Source: an uncultured Acidobacteriota bacterium (GTDB lineage: Bacteria > Acidobacteriota > UBA6911 > RPQK01 > JAPXNP01). Taken from it: 64,000 nucleotides of DNA. The stretch lies in assembly GCA_963777605.1 (NCBI GenBank), contig CAVZRV010000007.1, positions 1,056,001 through 1,120,000 on the forward strand, read 5' to 3'. Numbering within the stretch: the stretch's first letter is position 1; each line of letters starts with the position of its first letter. The notes under the pieces were generated by a model that did no database searches, was not told the origin of the DNA, and saw only the letters and a program-made list of their open reading frames with translations. The position numbers and the translations under genes are program-made. Of the stretch, positions 20,336-29,990 are shown piece by piece.

Positions 20336-21630
20336 TCGCGCGGTACACGACTCCCGAGATGGCGCAAGTCTGGTCGGACGAGCGCAAGTTCAGGGCATGG
20401 CTGGAAGTAGAAATTGCCGTGTCCGAAGTGCTCGCCGAACGGGGCGAGATTCCCAGCGAAGCTGTCGCGGTGATTCGTGAAAAGGCCGATTTTTCGGTTG
20501 AGCGAATCAAGGAGATTGAGAAGATCACCCGTCACGACGTGATCGCCTTCACGACGGCGGTTGCCGAGCACATCGGCCCCGAATCCCGTTTTGTCCATTT
20601 AGGGCTAACGTCAACCGACGTCGTTGACACGGCTCAGGCGCTTCAGGTCAGGGAAGCTTCCGAGCTGATTGAAACCGAATTGGTTCGATTGCTTGCAGTG
20701 CTCAACGAACAGGCCCACCGTTACCGTGACACCCCGATGATTGGTCGAACTCACGGAGTTCATGCGGAGCCGACCACGCTCGGGCTGAAGCTGGCCGTCT
20801 GGTATTCGGAGATGGAGCGGAACCTGGAGCGGTTTCGGCACGCACGCGCTGGTCTGGAAGTCGGCAAGATCAGCGGGCCGGTCGGTTCCTACACTCACCT
20901 TCCTCCGGAGGTCGAGGAAGCCGCCTGCCGGAAACTGGGCATTGCTTACGCCAACGTATCGACCCAGACGCTTCAGCGTGACCGACATGCCGAGTACATC
21001 TGTGCTCTCGCCATCCTGGGCGCGACCTACGACAAGATCGCGACCGAAATCCGGCACCTCCAGCGGACCGAAGTCCGGGAGGCTTCCGAGCCCTTCGGCA
21101 AGGGGCAGAAGGGGAGTTCGGCCATGCCCCACAAGCGCAACCCGGTGACCTGCGAACAGGTCAGTGGGTTGTCCAGGGTCCTCCGGGCCAACGCCGTAGT
21201 CGCGCTCGACAACGTGCCTCTGTGGCACGAGCGTGACATTTCTCATTCTTCGGCGGAAAGGGTCATCCTGCCGGACAGCACGACCCTGGCCCACTATCTC
21301 ACCCGGAAGGTTATTTGGCTGATCGGTGGACTGGTGGTCGATTCCGAGCAGATGATCCACAACCTCGACCTGATGGGGGGCCTGATCTATTCGGGCACCC
21401 TCCTGCTCGAACTGGTGCGCAAGGGTGTCCTTCGGGAAACGGGATATCAGTGGGTCCAGCGCAACGCCATGCGGGTCTGGGACGAGGGAGCCGACTTCAA
21501 GAGCCTGATCCTCGCGGACGAAGACATCCGCCGCCACCTGAGCGAAGAGGACATCAATCGGACGTTCGATCTCACCGAAAAGCTCAAGTATGCCCCCGTC
21601 GTCTTCAAGCGAGTGTTTGGAGAAGAATGA
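20332..21630 (+). CDS. purB: Adenylosuccinate lyase
   Basis: MIARY, TRHDV, GRTHGVHAEPTT, GSSAMPHKRNP. Confidence 0.97.
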   Translation: MIARYTTPEMAQVWSDERKFRAWLEVEIAVSEVLAERGEIPSEAVAVIREKADFSVERIKEIEKITRHDVIAFTTAVAEHIGPESRFVHLGLTSTDVVDTAQALQVREASELIETELVRLLAVLNEQAHRYRDTPMIGRTHGVHAEPTTLGLKLAVWYSEMERNLERFRHARAGLEVGKISGPVGSYTHLPPEVEEAACRKLGIAYANVSTQTLQRDRHAEYICALAILGATYDKIATEIRHLQRTEVREASEPFGKGQKGSSAMPHKRNPVTCEQVSGLSRVLRANAVVALDNVPLWHERDISHSSAERVILPDSTTLAHYLTRKVIWLIGGLVVDSEQMIHNLDLMGGLIYSGTLLLELVRKGVLRETGYQWVQRNAMRVWDEGADFKSLILADEDIRRHLSEEDINRTFDLTEKLKYAPVVFKRVFGEE

Positions 21631-23024
21631 GGCCCGATCCTCTATTTCTGAGCGCCGACAATCTGGCCCTGTGTACTGACCTGTATGAGTTGACGATGGC
21701 TGCGGCCTACCTGCGGGCAGGAGTGGCCGGGCGAGAGGCCGTTTTCGAACTCTACACGCGCGAACTGCCCCGGCGGAGAGGTTTTCTGCTTGCTGCGGGA
21801 CTGGAGCAGGCCCTTCACTATCTGACGAAAGCCCGTTTCACGGGAAGGTCGATCGACGCTCTCAGGAACTTGCCGGTTTTCAGCCAGGTGGACGATGCTT
21901 TCTTTGAATACCTGAGGGGCTTTCGATTCACGGGTGATGTCTGGGCGATGCCGGAAGGAACGCCCTTCTTCGGCAACGAACCGATCATGCAAGTCCGAGC
22001 TCCGGTGATCGAGGCACAGGTCGTAGAGACCCTTCTGATCAACACTCTCAATGTCCAGAGCATGGTGGCGACCAAAGCCGCCCGCTTCTGCCGGGCCGCC
22101 GGAGACCGCCCCGTGGTCGATTTCGGCAGTCGCCGGGCCCACGGGCCGCAAACGTCGGTGCTGGCAGCGCGGGCCGCCTACCTGGGTGGCTGTGCCGGGA
22201 CCAGCAACGTTCTGGCGGGGGTTGAGGTGGGGATTCCAGTCATGGGCACGATGGCTCATTCTTTCGTCCAGTTCTTCGACAACGAAGAGGAGGCATTTCG
22301 ACGCTTCCAGGAAACCTTCCCCAATGACACGGTTCTCCTGGTGGATACTTACGACGCGGAACAGGGGACCCGGCGGGCCGCCGCAATGCCCGGTGAGATT
22401 GCGGGTATTCGCCTCGACAGTGGTGACCTGGCCTCGCTCTCCCGCCGCTCGCGGCAGATCCTGGACGAGTACGGCCGGCCGGATGCCCGGATCCTGGCCA
22501 GCAGCGGCCTGCACGAAGAGGACCTGCTCGAGTTCGGGCGGCTCGATCTCCCGGTTGACGGTTACGGCGTGGGCACCGATCTCGTGGTTCCATCCGACGC
22601 TCCGGGTTGCGACCTGATCTACAAGCTGGTCGAAGTGGAGACCGCGGAGGGGCCTTCCGCACCCCGTTTTAAGGCCAGTACCGCCAAGGTTACCTATCCC
22701 CACCGGAAACAGGTGCACCGTTCATTCGAAAACGGGAAGGCCGTCGGAGACCTGATCACCCGGTTTGATGAAGCCCTGCCGGAGGGCTTCGAGGGAAGCT
22801 GCCCGTTGCTCTCTCAATATTTGAATCGGGGCGAGCTGTGCGTAGAATTGCCCCAGGTGAGCGAGATACGAAAAACTGCGGCGAAGCGGTTGGCGGCGCT
22901 GCCCGATTCTCTCTTCGGGAGCGAGCTTCGGGAACCCTACCCGGTCCGGTTCAGCAGGGCACTGGAGCAGGCGCTCGAACTCCTGACGGAGCGGTACACC
23001 CCGGACAACGGGCCATCGAGGTGA
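21627..23024 (+). CDS. pncB: Nicotinate phosphoribosyltransferase
   Basis: TDLYELTM, DFGSRRAHG, GTMAHS, LVDTYD, IRLDSGDL; ATGA overlap with purB. Confidence 0.93.
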   Translation: MRPDPLFLSADNLALCTDLYELTMAAAYLRAGVAGREAVFELYTRELPRRRGFLLAAGLEQALHYLTKARFTGRSIDALRNLPVFSQVDDAFFEYLRGFRFTGDVWAMPEGTPFFGNEPIMQVRAPVIEAQVVETLLINTLNVQSMVATKAARFCRAAGDRPVVDFGSRRAHGPQTSVLAARAAYLGGCAGTSNVLAGVEVGIPVMGTMAHSFVQFFDNEEEAFRRFQETFPNDTVLLVDTYDAEQGTRRAAAMPGEIAGIRLDSGDLASLSRRSRQILDEYGRPDARILASSGLHEEDLLEFGRLDLPVDGYGVGTDLVVPSDAPGCDLIYKLVEVETAEGPSAPRFKASTAKVTYPHRKQVHRSFENGKAVGDLITRFDEALPEGFEGSCPLLSQYLNRGELCVELPQVSEIRKTAAKRLAALPDSLFGSELREPYPVRFSRALEQALELLTERYTPDNGPSR

Positions 23025-23027
23025 CAC

Positions 23028-24410
23028 ATGGACAAAGTGATCAACTACATTGAGGGGAACTCAGAGCGATATCTCGACGAGCTTAGAGAATTTCTCCGGA
23101 TTGCCAGTATCAGTGCCGACAAGGGACGTCGGGAGGACATCCACCAGGCGGCCGAGTTCGTTGCTTCCCAGTTGAAGCAGGCCGGGATCGGTACGGTGGA
23201 GATCCACCCGACAGCCGGGAATCCCCTCGTTTACGGGGAGGCCACGGTTGATGCCTCCAAGCCCACCGTTCTGATCTACGGCCACTATGATGTTCAGCCG
23301 GTCGATCCGGTGGAGTTGTGGGAGTCGGGGCCTTTTGAACCGACGGTCCGCAACGGCCGGATCTATGCTCGGGGCGCTTCCGACGACAAGGGGCAAATGT
23401 TGGTTCACTTCAAGAGCATCGAAGCGCTCCGCAAGGTCAATGGGAGCCTCCCCCTCAACCTCAAGTTCGTCATCGAGGGGGAAGAAGAAATCGGCAGCCC
23501 GAACCTCGACCAGTTCATCGGGCGCAATCGTGACCGGCTGAAGTGCGATGTCGTGTTGATTTCCGACACCGCAATGTTTGCCAGAGGGGTTCCTTCGATT
23601 TGCAACGGTCTTCGCGGGCTGGCCTATATGGAGGTCAGGCTGCAGGGACCCAAGGGCGACCTGCACTCCGGCTCCTTCGGCGGCCCCGTACACAACCCGG
23701 CGGCGGTCCTGGTCGAAATTCTCGCTTCGATGAAGGACGAGCATGGAAAAGTAACCATTCCGCACTTTTACGACGATGTGGTCCCCCTGGGTACTCGTGA
23801 GAGGCAGGAGTGGGCCGCGCTTCCTTTTGACGTGGAGGAGTACAAGCGGGAACTGGGTGTCGAAGCGCTCAACGGTGAAGAAGGGTACACTCCCCTCGAA
23901 CAGCTGTGGGCCCGTCCCACACTTGAGATCAACGGGCTACTCAGTGGTTTCACGGGAGAGGGTGCCAAGACGGTGCTTCCGGCACGGGCGATGGCCAAGG
24001 TGAGCATGCGGCTCGTCCCGAACCAGGATCCTGGGAAGATAGAGAAACTATTCGAAGCCTACGTGCGCGAAGTCGCTCCTGCCAGCGTGAAGGTTCAGGT
24101 CAAGAACTTGCATGGGGGACGGCCGTGGGTGGCCTCTCTCGACCACCCGGCCCTGGTTTGTGCGGCCAACGCCATCGAAAAAGCATTCGGCAAGCGTCCC
24201 GTGTTTCAGCGGGAAGGGGGCTCGATTCCTATCGTGGCCACCTTCAGTGAATTGCTCGGCGCCCCCAGCGTCCTGATGGGATTCGGCCTGCCGGATGAGA
24301 ATGCCCACGCGCCCAATGAGAATCTGGACCTGGGGAACTTCTACGGAGGGATCAAGAGCTCTGCCTACTTCCTGGATGAACTGGGCCAGGCGGCCCTGGA
24401 TGAATCCTGA
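23028..24410 (+). CDS. M20 family dipeptidase
   Basis: YGHYDVQP, RGASDDKG, EGEEEIGS, DLHSG, HAPNE. Confidence 0.93.
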   Translation: MDKVINYIEGNSERYLDELREFLRIASISADKGRREDIHQAAEFVASQLKQAGIGTVEIHPTAGNPLVYGEATVDASKPTVLIYGHYDVQPVDPVELWESGPFEPTVRNGRIYARGASDDKGQMLVHFKSIEALRKVNGSLPLNLKFVIEGEEEIGSPNLDQFIGRNRDRLKCDVVLISDTAMFARGVPSICNGLRGLAYMEVRLQGPKGDLHSGSFGGPVHNPAAVLVEILASMKDEHGKVTIPHFYDDVVPLGTRERQEWAALPFDVEEYKRELGVEALNGEEGYTPLEQLWARPTLEINGLLSGFTGEGAKTVLPARAMAKVSMRLVPNQDPGKIEKLFEAYVREVAPASVKVQVKNLHGGRPWVASLDHPALVCAANAIEKAFGKRPVFQREGGSIPIVATFSELLGAPSVLMGFGLPDENAHAPNENLDLGNFYGGIKSSAYFLDELGQAALDES

Positions 24411-24433
24411 GGGGCACGCTCTAATACGAAACA

Positions 24434-25438
24434 ATGCAGGAAAATTTAGCCGGGCTCGTTGAGACACTGGTTTCCATTCCTTCCCCGACTGGGGATGAAG
24501 GTGCAGCCGGGGAAGTGCTTGAGAATCATCTCCGGGAGATTGGACTGGAGGTGCGCCGACAGTCTGTCGATGGTCGTCGGTTCAACTTGATCGCCACGAC
24601 CGGGGAAGTACCGCGCGTGCTGCTCTGCTCGCACATTGACGTAGTGGCTCCCCACCTTCCATTCACCCGGGTTGGCTCGACTCTGTTCGGGCGCGGAGTC
24701 TGTGACGCCAAGGGGGCTCTGGCGGCGATGGCATTCGCCGCTGAGAATCTTCTCGAAGAAGGGGAGCGGCGGTTTGGCCTCCTCGTGGTCGTCGGAGAAG
24801 AGCGGAATTCTGACGGGGCCAAGGCTGCCGCTTCCCTCGAGCTCGATTCGCGGTTTGTGGTCATCGGCGAGCCGACCGAGAATTTCCTGGTCAAGGCGCA
24901 GAAGGGGACCCTGGTATTCCGCCTCGACGTTGCCGGGGTGAGCGGCCACTCGGCGGTTCCCGATACCGGGCGCTCCGCGGTCCACGAACTGGTCCGAATC
25001 GCCTCCCGGTGGCTCGAAACCGAGTGGGGCGAACATCCCGAGTTGGGTGAGACCACTCTCAACTTCGGCCGGATCAGTGGAGGTTCAGGGCCCAACGTGA
25101 TCGCCGGGCAGGCCTCGGCCGAGGGAATTTTCAGGGTGTCCACGTCGATTGAAGAAGTCCGTGAGAAGGCGCTGAACTCTCTTCCCGAGTCGACCCATTT
25201 CTCGGCCCTCAGCCAGGCCGAGCCGCTGTTTCTTCACACGGTGCCCGGGTTCCCCCAGGTCATCGTCTCGTTTGGATCGGACGCCTCCCATCTGGGGACC
25301 CTCGGACAGGTCCTGATGCTCGGTCCGGGCTCGATCGACCATGCTCACAGCGACGACGAACAGGTGACTATCCAGGAACTCGAGGAAGCCGTCGATCACT
25401 ACGCCGACCTCGTCCGGACCCTGAACCGGGAAGGGTAG
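24434..25438 (+). CDS. M20 metallo-hydrolase (ArgE/DapE-like deacylase)
   Basis: SHIDVV, GRGVCDAKG, GEE, GEPT, GPGSI..AHS..E. Confidence 0.88.
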   Translation: MQENLAGLVETLVSIPSPTGDEGAAGEVLENHLREIGLEVRRQSVDGRRFNLIATTGEVPRVLLCSHIDVVAPHLPFTRVGSTLFGRGVCDAKGALAAMAFAAENLLEEGERRFGLLVVVGEERNSDGAKAAASLELDSRFVVIGEPTENFLVKAQKGTLVFRLDVAGVSGHSAVPDTGRSAVHELVRIASRWLETEWGEHPELGETTLNFGRISGGSGPNVIAGQASAEGIFRVSTSIEEVREKALNSLPESTHFSALSQAEPLFLHTVPGFPQVIVSFGSDASHLGTLGQVLMLGPGSIDHAHSDDEQVTIQELEEAVDHYADLVRTLNREG

Positions 25439-25481
25439 AATCAGACTTTGAATCGCAGTCGATAGAAAAGGAGATGCAGAG

Positions 25482-26900
25482 ATGCCAGACCCGTTCCAGA
25501 TCCAACCCAAGATCCAACCTCTCCTGGACCCCGAGTTTGTTCCTGTTGCCCTGTGGCATCGCGCGTTTCAGGATGCAGTGAAGCAGACCGGGAACGTCGC
25601 CGAAATTGGGATCGCCGTGGCCCAGGACCAGGCGGTTACGGCCATTCGCAGAAAGATCCTGCCCCATTCCGGAACGAACGCCGAACTGAACATCCGCTAC
25701 GTGGAGAGGCTCGTCAAGTTCCTGCTCTGGCAGAAGGGCGGTCACACCGTCCTGATCGCCGGGAACAGCGAGATTGCGGACGGCCTGGCCAAGGTCTACT
25801 CCGCTAACGGCGAACGGGCCTTCGACGCCGAGTTGATGGGAGATAAGGTGTTCGGGAAGCCATTCACCGTAAAAGCCATTGACTGGAAAGATTTTCCCGA
25901 GTCAAGGGAATCGAAGCAATTGCTGGGTGGCCACCTGGACGGATGTCGGATCGGATTTGATCTCGGCGGCAGTGACCGCAAGTATGCGGCCGTCGTTGAC
26001 GGGGAAGTTGTTCACAGTGAAGAGGTCGTTTGGGATCCTTACTTCGAGAAAGATCCCGCGTGGCACTACCGGGAGATCAACGACACTCTCAAACGGGCCG
26101 CCGCCAGGATGCCGAGAGTGGATGCCATCGGGGGCAGCTCCGCCGGCGTTTACGTGGACAACCAGGTGCGGGTCGCCTCCCTGTTCCGGGGTGTCTCTCC
26201 GGAAGATTTCAAGGCCAGGGTCCGTCCCCTGTTCCTGGATTTGCGGAAGGAATGGAACGACATCCCGTTCGAAGTGGTCAACGACGGAGAAGTCACTGCC
26301 CTGGCCGGAGCCATGGCGCGTAACGACGGGGGAGTCCTCGGCATCGCGATGGGAACCAGCCTGGCGGCCGGTTACGTCACCCTCGATGGCCACCTCACGA
26401 GCGGGCTCGACGAACTTGCGTTCGTGCCGGTTGATTATCGCGACAATGCTCCGAGCGACGAGTGGTCCGGTGACCTCGGTGTGGGAGCGAACTACTTTTC
26501 GCAACAGGCAGTGGCTCGACTTGCTCCGGTAGCAGGGCTCGATTTTCCCGCCGGCACACCATTCCCGGAACAGCTGGTCCGGGTACAGGAACTGATGAAG
26601 TCGGGTGACGAGCGCGCGCGACAGATTTACGAGACCATCGGGACCTTTTTCGGGTACGCGGTGGCCGAACTGGCCGAGTTCTACGCACTTCGCCACATCC
26701 TGTTGCTGGGACGGGTGCTCTCAGGTGATGGTGGGGACCTCATCATCGACCAGGCAAAAAAGGTTCTCCGGGCCGAATTTCCGGAGCTGCATGAAAGTAT
26801 CAACCTTGTCACTCCGAGCGAAAAAGAAAAGCGTCACGGCCAGGCCGTCGCCGCGGCAAGTCTCCCGGAGTTGCAGAAATCTGAAGGAGTCGAGAAATGA
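25482..26900 (+). CDS. ROK family protein (putative sugar kinase) with long N-terminal extension
   Basis: IGFDLGGSDRK, VVNDGEVTALA, AMGTSLAAG. Confidence 0.85.
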   Translation: MPDPFQIQPKIQPLLDPEFVPVALWHRAFQDAVKQTGNVAEIGIAVAQDQAVTAIRRKILPHSGTNAELNIRYVERLVKFLLWQKGGHTVLIAGNSEIADGLAKVYSANGERAFDAELMGDKVFGKPFTVKAIDWKDFPESRESKQLLGGHLDGCRIGFDLGGSDRKYAAVVDGEVVHSEEVVWDPYFEKDPAWHYREINDTLKRAAARMPRVDAIGGSSAGVYVDNQVRVASLFRGVSPEDFKARVRPLFLDLRKEWNDIPFEVVNDGEVTALAGAMARNDGGVLGIAMGTSLAAGYVTLDGHLTSGLDELAFVPVDYRDNAPSDEWSGDLGVGANYFSQQAVARLAPVAGLDFPAGTPFPEQLVRVQELMKSGDERARQIYETIGTFFGYAVAELAEFYALRHILLLGRVLSGDGGDLIIDQAKKVLRAEFPELHESINLVTPSEKEKRHGQAVAAASLPELQKSEGVEK

Positions 26901-27745
26901 AGTTTAATAATCCTACGGCGGACTTCTACGTTCCGGACGGCACGGAACCCGGTGCGGCCTTGAGCCGGACTACCCATCTTTGTGTCGGTGCCCACCAGGA
27001 TGACATTGAGATCATGGCGTACCACGGGATCGCCGAGTGCTTCGGGCGCAAGGATCGCTGGATGGCCGGTGTCGTGGTCACCAACGGAGCCGGCAGTTCC
27101 CGCACGGGGCTCTACGCGGACTTCACCGATGAGGACATGCGGGCGATTCGCCGCCAGGAGCAGCGCAAGGCTGCCTACGTGGGTGAGTATGCGGTCCAGA
27201 TCCAGCTCGACTACACCAGCGCTCTGGTGAAGGATCCGAAGGAGACCGTCGTGATCGATGATCTGACGGCGATCTTTACGGCGGCCCGGCCCGAAGTGGT
27301 TTACCTGCACAACCCGGGCGACAAACACGACACTCACGTCGGGAGCCTGGCTCGTGCGCTGACCGCTCTTCGCCGGTTGCCGAAGGAAGCGCAGCCACAG
27401 AAGGTGTACGGGTGTGAAGTGTGGCGTTCATTGGATTGGTTGGTGGGTTCTGACAAGGTGGTCCTGCCTTCCTCTGCCTACCCCAACGTGGCCGCTTCCC
27501 TGGTCGGACTTTTCGACTCCCAGATCTCGGGGGGCAAGAGGTACGACCTGGCGACCGCAGGCCGGCGCCTGGCCAACGCCACCTACTTCGACTCGCACGC
27601 GTCCGATGCGGAGACTGCTGCGAGCTACGTGATTGATCTCAAGCCCCTACTCGACAATCCTGATCTCTCCCTCGAGGAGTTCACCCTGGCGATAGTCGAG
27701 CGATTCGCGGATGACGTCCGCAGCCGCCTCGCCAAGTTCAGCTAG
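26897..27745 (+). CDS. PIG-L/LmbE family deacetylase
   Basis: AHQDDIE, R..EQ..AA, DKHDTH; overlaps the ROK stop. Confidence 0.88.
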   Translation: MKFNNPTADFYVPDGTEPGAALSRTTHLCVGAHQDDIEIMAYHGIAECFGRKDRWMAGVVVTNGAGSSRTGLYADFTDEDMRAIRRQEQRKAAYVGEYAVQIQLDYTSALVKDPKETVVIDDLTAIFTAARPEVVYLHNPGDKHDTHVGSLARALTALRRLPKEAQPQKVYGCEVWRSLDWLVGSDKVVLPSSAYPNVAASLVGLFDSQISGGKRYDLATAGRRLANATYFDSHASDAETAASYVIDLKPLLDNPDLSLEEFTLAIVERFADDVRSRLAKFS

Positions 27746-27881
27746 CTCCCCGTTTCAGCGTCTTTCCGCGGGCGCCCTTTCAAGGGCCCGGTGCTGCCAA
27801 TCTGTACCGGGCCCCCTCCGAAACCCGGTGCCCGAAACTCTGTTCACGGTGTCTATTCGTTCGAATCCAAGGAGATTGGTC

Positions 27882-29195
27882 ATGTCAAAGCAGCGGAACG
27901 TTCTCATCATGGGAGCCGCCGGTCGTGATTTCCACAACTTCAACGTCTACTTCAGGAACAACCCGGCAGAGAGGGTGGTGGCCTTCACGGCATTTCAGAT
28001 TCCCAACATCGCCGGGCGAACCTATCCTCCGGTTCTGGCAGGGGAGGCGTACCCGGAAGGGATTCCGATCTACGACGAGAAAGAGCTTCCCGAACTGATC
28101 GAGAAGCTGGAAGTCGACGAGGTGGTCTTCGCCTATAGCGACGTCGCCCATGAAGACGTGATGCACCGGGCTTCTCTGGTGAATGCTTGTGGAGCGGACT
28201 TCCGCCTGATGGGGATGGCCACGACCCAGATCCGATCCAACAAGCCGGTGATTTCGGTGGGGGCCATTCGAACGGGCTGCGGCAAGAGCCAGACCTCGCG
28301 GCGGATTGCGCAGTTGCTGCATGCCCGGGGAAAGTCGGCGGTGGTGATCCGCCACCCGATGCCCTACGGTGACCTGGCGGCCCAGGCCTGTCAGCGATTC
28401 GCCAAACTTTCCGATCTCGACCGCCACGAGTGCACGATCGAGGAGCGGGAAGAATACGAAGGCCACATCAACCTTGGGCACATCGTTTATGCCGGGGTAG
28501 ACTACGGCATGATCCTCGCTGAAGCCGAGAAGGAAGCCGACGTCATTCTGTGGGACGGCGGCAACAACGACACGCCTTTCTACAAGTCCAACCTCCACAT
28601 CGTGGTCGTCGATCCTCTGCGTCCCGGACACGAATACCGCTACCATCCGGGCGAAACCAACCTGCGCATGGCCGACGTGGCCTTCATGTCCAAGATCGGC
28701 AGTGCCAGCGCGCACGATATCCAGGAGGTGCGGGACAGCGTGCGCCGGCTCAACCCGAAGGCGAGGCTGATCGAGGCGGACTCGGTTGTCATGGCCTCGA
28801 GCCCTGAACAGATCGCCGGCAAACGGGTTCTGGTGGTTGAGGACGGCCCCACGCTCACGCACGGAGGAATGTCTTACGGTGCCGGGTTTGTCGCAGCCGG
28901 CAAGTACGGAGCAGCTGAAATCGTCGACCCGCGGCCCTACGCCGTGGGGACGATTCGAGACACCTTTGCCAAGTACTCCCAGGTCAAACATGTGCTTCCT
29001 GCAATGGGGTACGGGGATGACCAGGTGAGGGAGTTGCAGGAGACGATCAACGCGGTTCCGTGCGACCTCGTATTGGTGGGCACTCCCTTCGACCTCGGGC
29101 GCCTCGTCGAAGTCAACAAGCCGATGCTTAGAGTCACCTACGAGGTAGATGAAGCCGGGACCAAGGCCCTGGACGAACTCATTCAACATTTTTGA
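27882..29195 (+). CDS. COG2403 P-loop enzyme (cyclic 2,3-diphosphoglycerate synthetase-like; probable arginine synthetase ArcE type)
   Basis: GAAGRDFHNFN, RTGCGKSQ P-loop, RHPMPYG, TIEEREEYE, WDGGNND, EDGPTLTHG; ATG 27882 with AAGGAG RBS. Confidence 0.85.
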   Translation: MSKQRNVLIMGAAGRDFHNFNVYFRNNPAERVVAFTAFQIPNIAGRTYPPVLAGEAYPEGIPIYDEKELPELIEKLEVDEVVFAYSDVAHEDVMHRASLVNACGADFRLMGMATTQIRSNKPVISVGAIRTGCGKSQTSRRIAQLLHARGKSAVVIRHPMPYGDLAAQACQRFAKLSDLDRHECTIEEREEYEGHINLGHIVYAGVDYGMILAEAEKEADVILWDGGNNDTPFYKSNLHIVVVDPLRPGHEYRYHPGETNLRMADVAFMSKIGSASAHDIQEVRDSVRRLNPKARLIEADSVVMASSPEQIAGKRVLVVEDGPTLTHGGMSYGAGFVAAGKYGAAEIVDPRPYAVGTIRDTFAKYSQVKHVLPAMGYGDDQVRELQETINAVPCDLVLVGTPFDLGRLVEVNKPMLRVTYEVDEAGTKALDELIQHF

Positions 29196-29316
29196 TTTTT
29201 GATTTGTGCGTACCGTGGGGGCGTGAGCCGGGCGCCTCCGCGGGCGCAAACCGGAGACCCGGAGACTGGAGACAGGAATTGGGCGAGTTCGAACGGGCGT
29301 TCGCGGTCATGCCACG

Positions 29317-29345
29317 CTGAACTCTGAACCCGAAACCCGGAACCC
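29317..29345. repeat. Degenerate heptamer tandem repeat
   Basis: ctgaact ctgaacc cgaaacc cggaacc; a related (C)CGGAGA run lies at 29251-29277. Confidence 0.75.
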
Positions 29346-29810
29346 TACTTCTCCAGCCGAACCACCCAGCCTCCCCCCGGGGCGAGCTTTGCCCGGAGCA
29401 ACCCTGGCTCGGTTCCGGAGTGGCGGAAGTAAAGTCCTGCCCAGTCGTCGAGATCGGCCTCGGGCAGTGCCGCCCAGCAACCGTCCGAGACCTCGACCAG
29501 CAGGGGGCAGCCGATGACGTCGTTTGCTCCGATCTCGTTGAGCCGAATGCGCTGAAAGGGGGCTTCCTGGTGGGTCGTAAAGGAGCCGTAGTTGGTCGCC
29601 CAAACCCAGGGGTTTCCCGGGAAGCGGAACTCGCCCCGTTCCGAGGAGAGCTTGAAGTCTTCCCACCCGGCGTTGTCGGGCAGGACATATCGGAAGGCGG
29701 CACCGTCGTCGTATGCGCGGAAGACCAGCTCAAAGCGACGGCCCGGGGCCGCCCGATCCTGCAGGTGCAGCGTGAGTTCGTTTTTACCAAACCATTTTCC
29801 CCGTTGGATC
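29345..29810 (-). pseudogene. Fragment of a GH97 glycoside hydrolase N-terminal domain
   Basis: NELTL...VFRAYDDGAAFRY...EADLDDWAGLY; no signal peptide and no catalytic barrel. Confidence 0.7.
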
Positions 29811-29990
29811 GCTCCCGTCAAGACGGTTGCCGGACCCCGCATCTGAAAGACTCTGCTATAGTCCGAAGGAGATGCCTCGGCACGCTTGCGCGCGGTCGAC
29901 GTCGGTCCGAACCCGAAGGTTGAATCATCGCCCGGCGAGTTGCATCTAAAGGGATTGAACTTCGACAAAATCAGTTGGAAGGTTTTTCTA

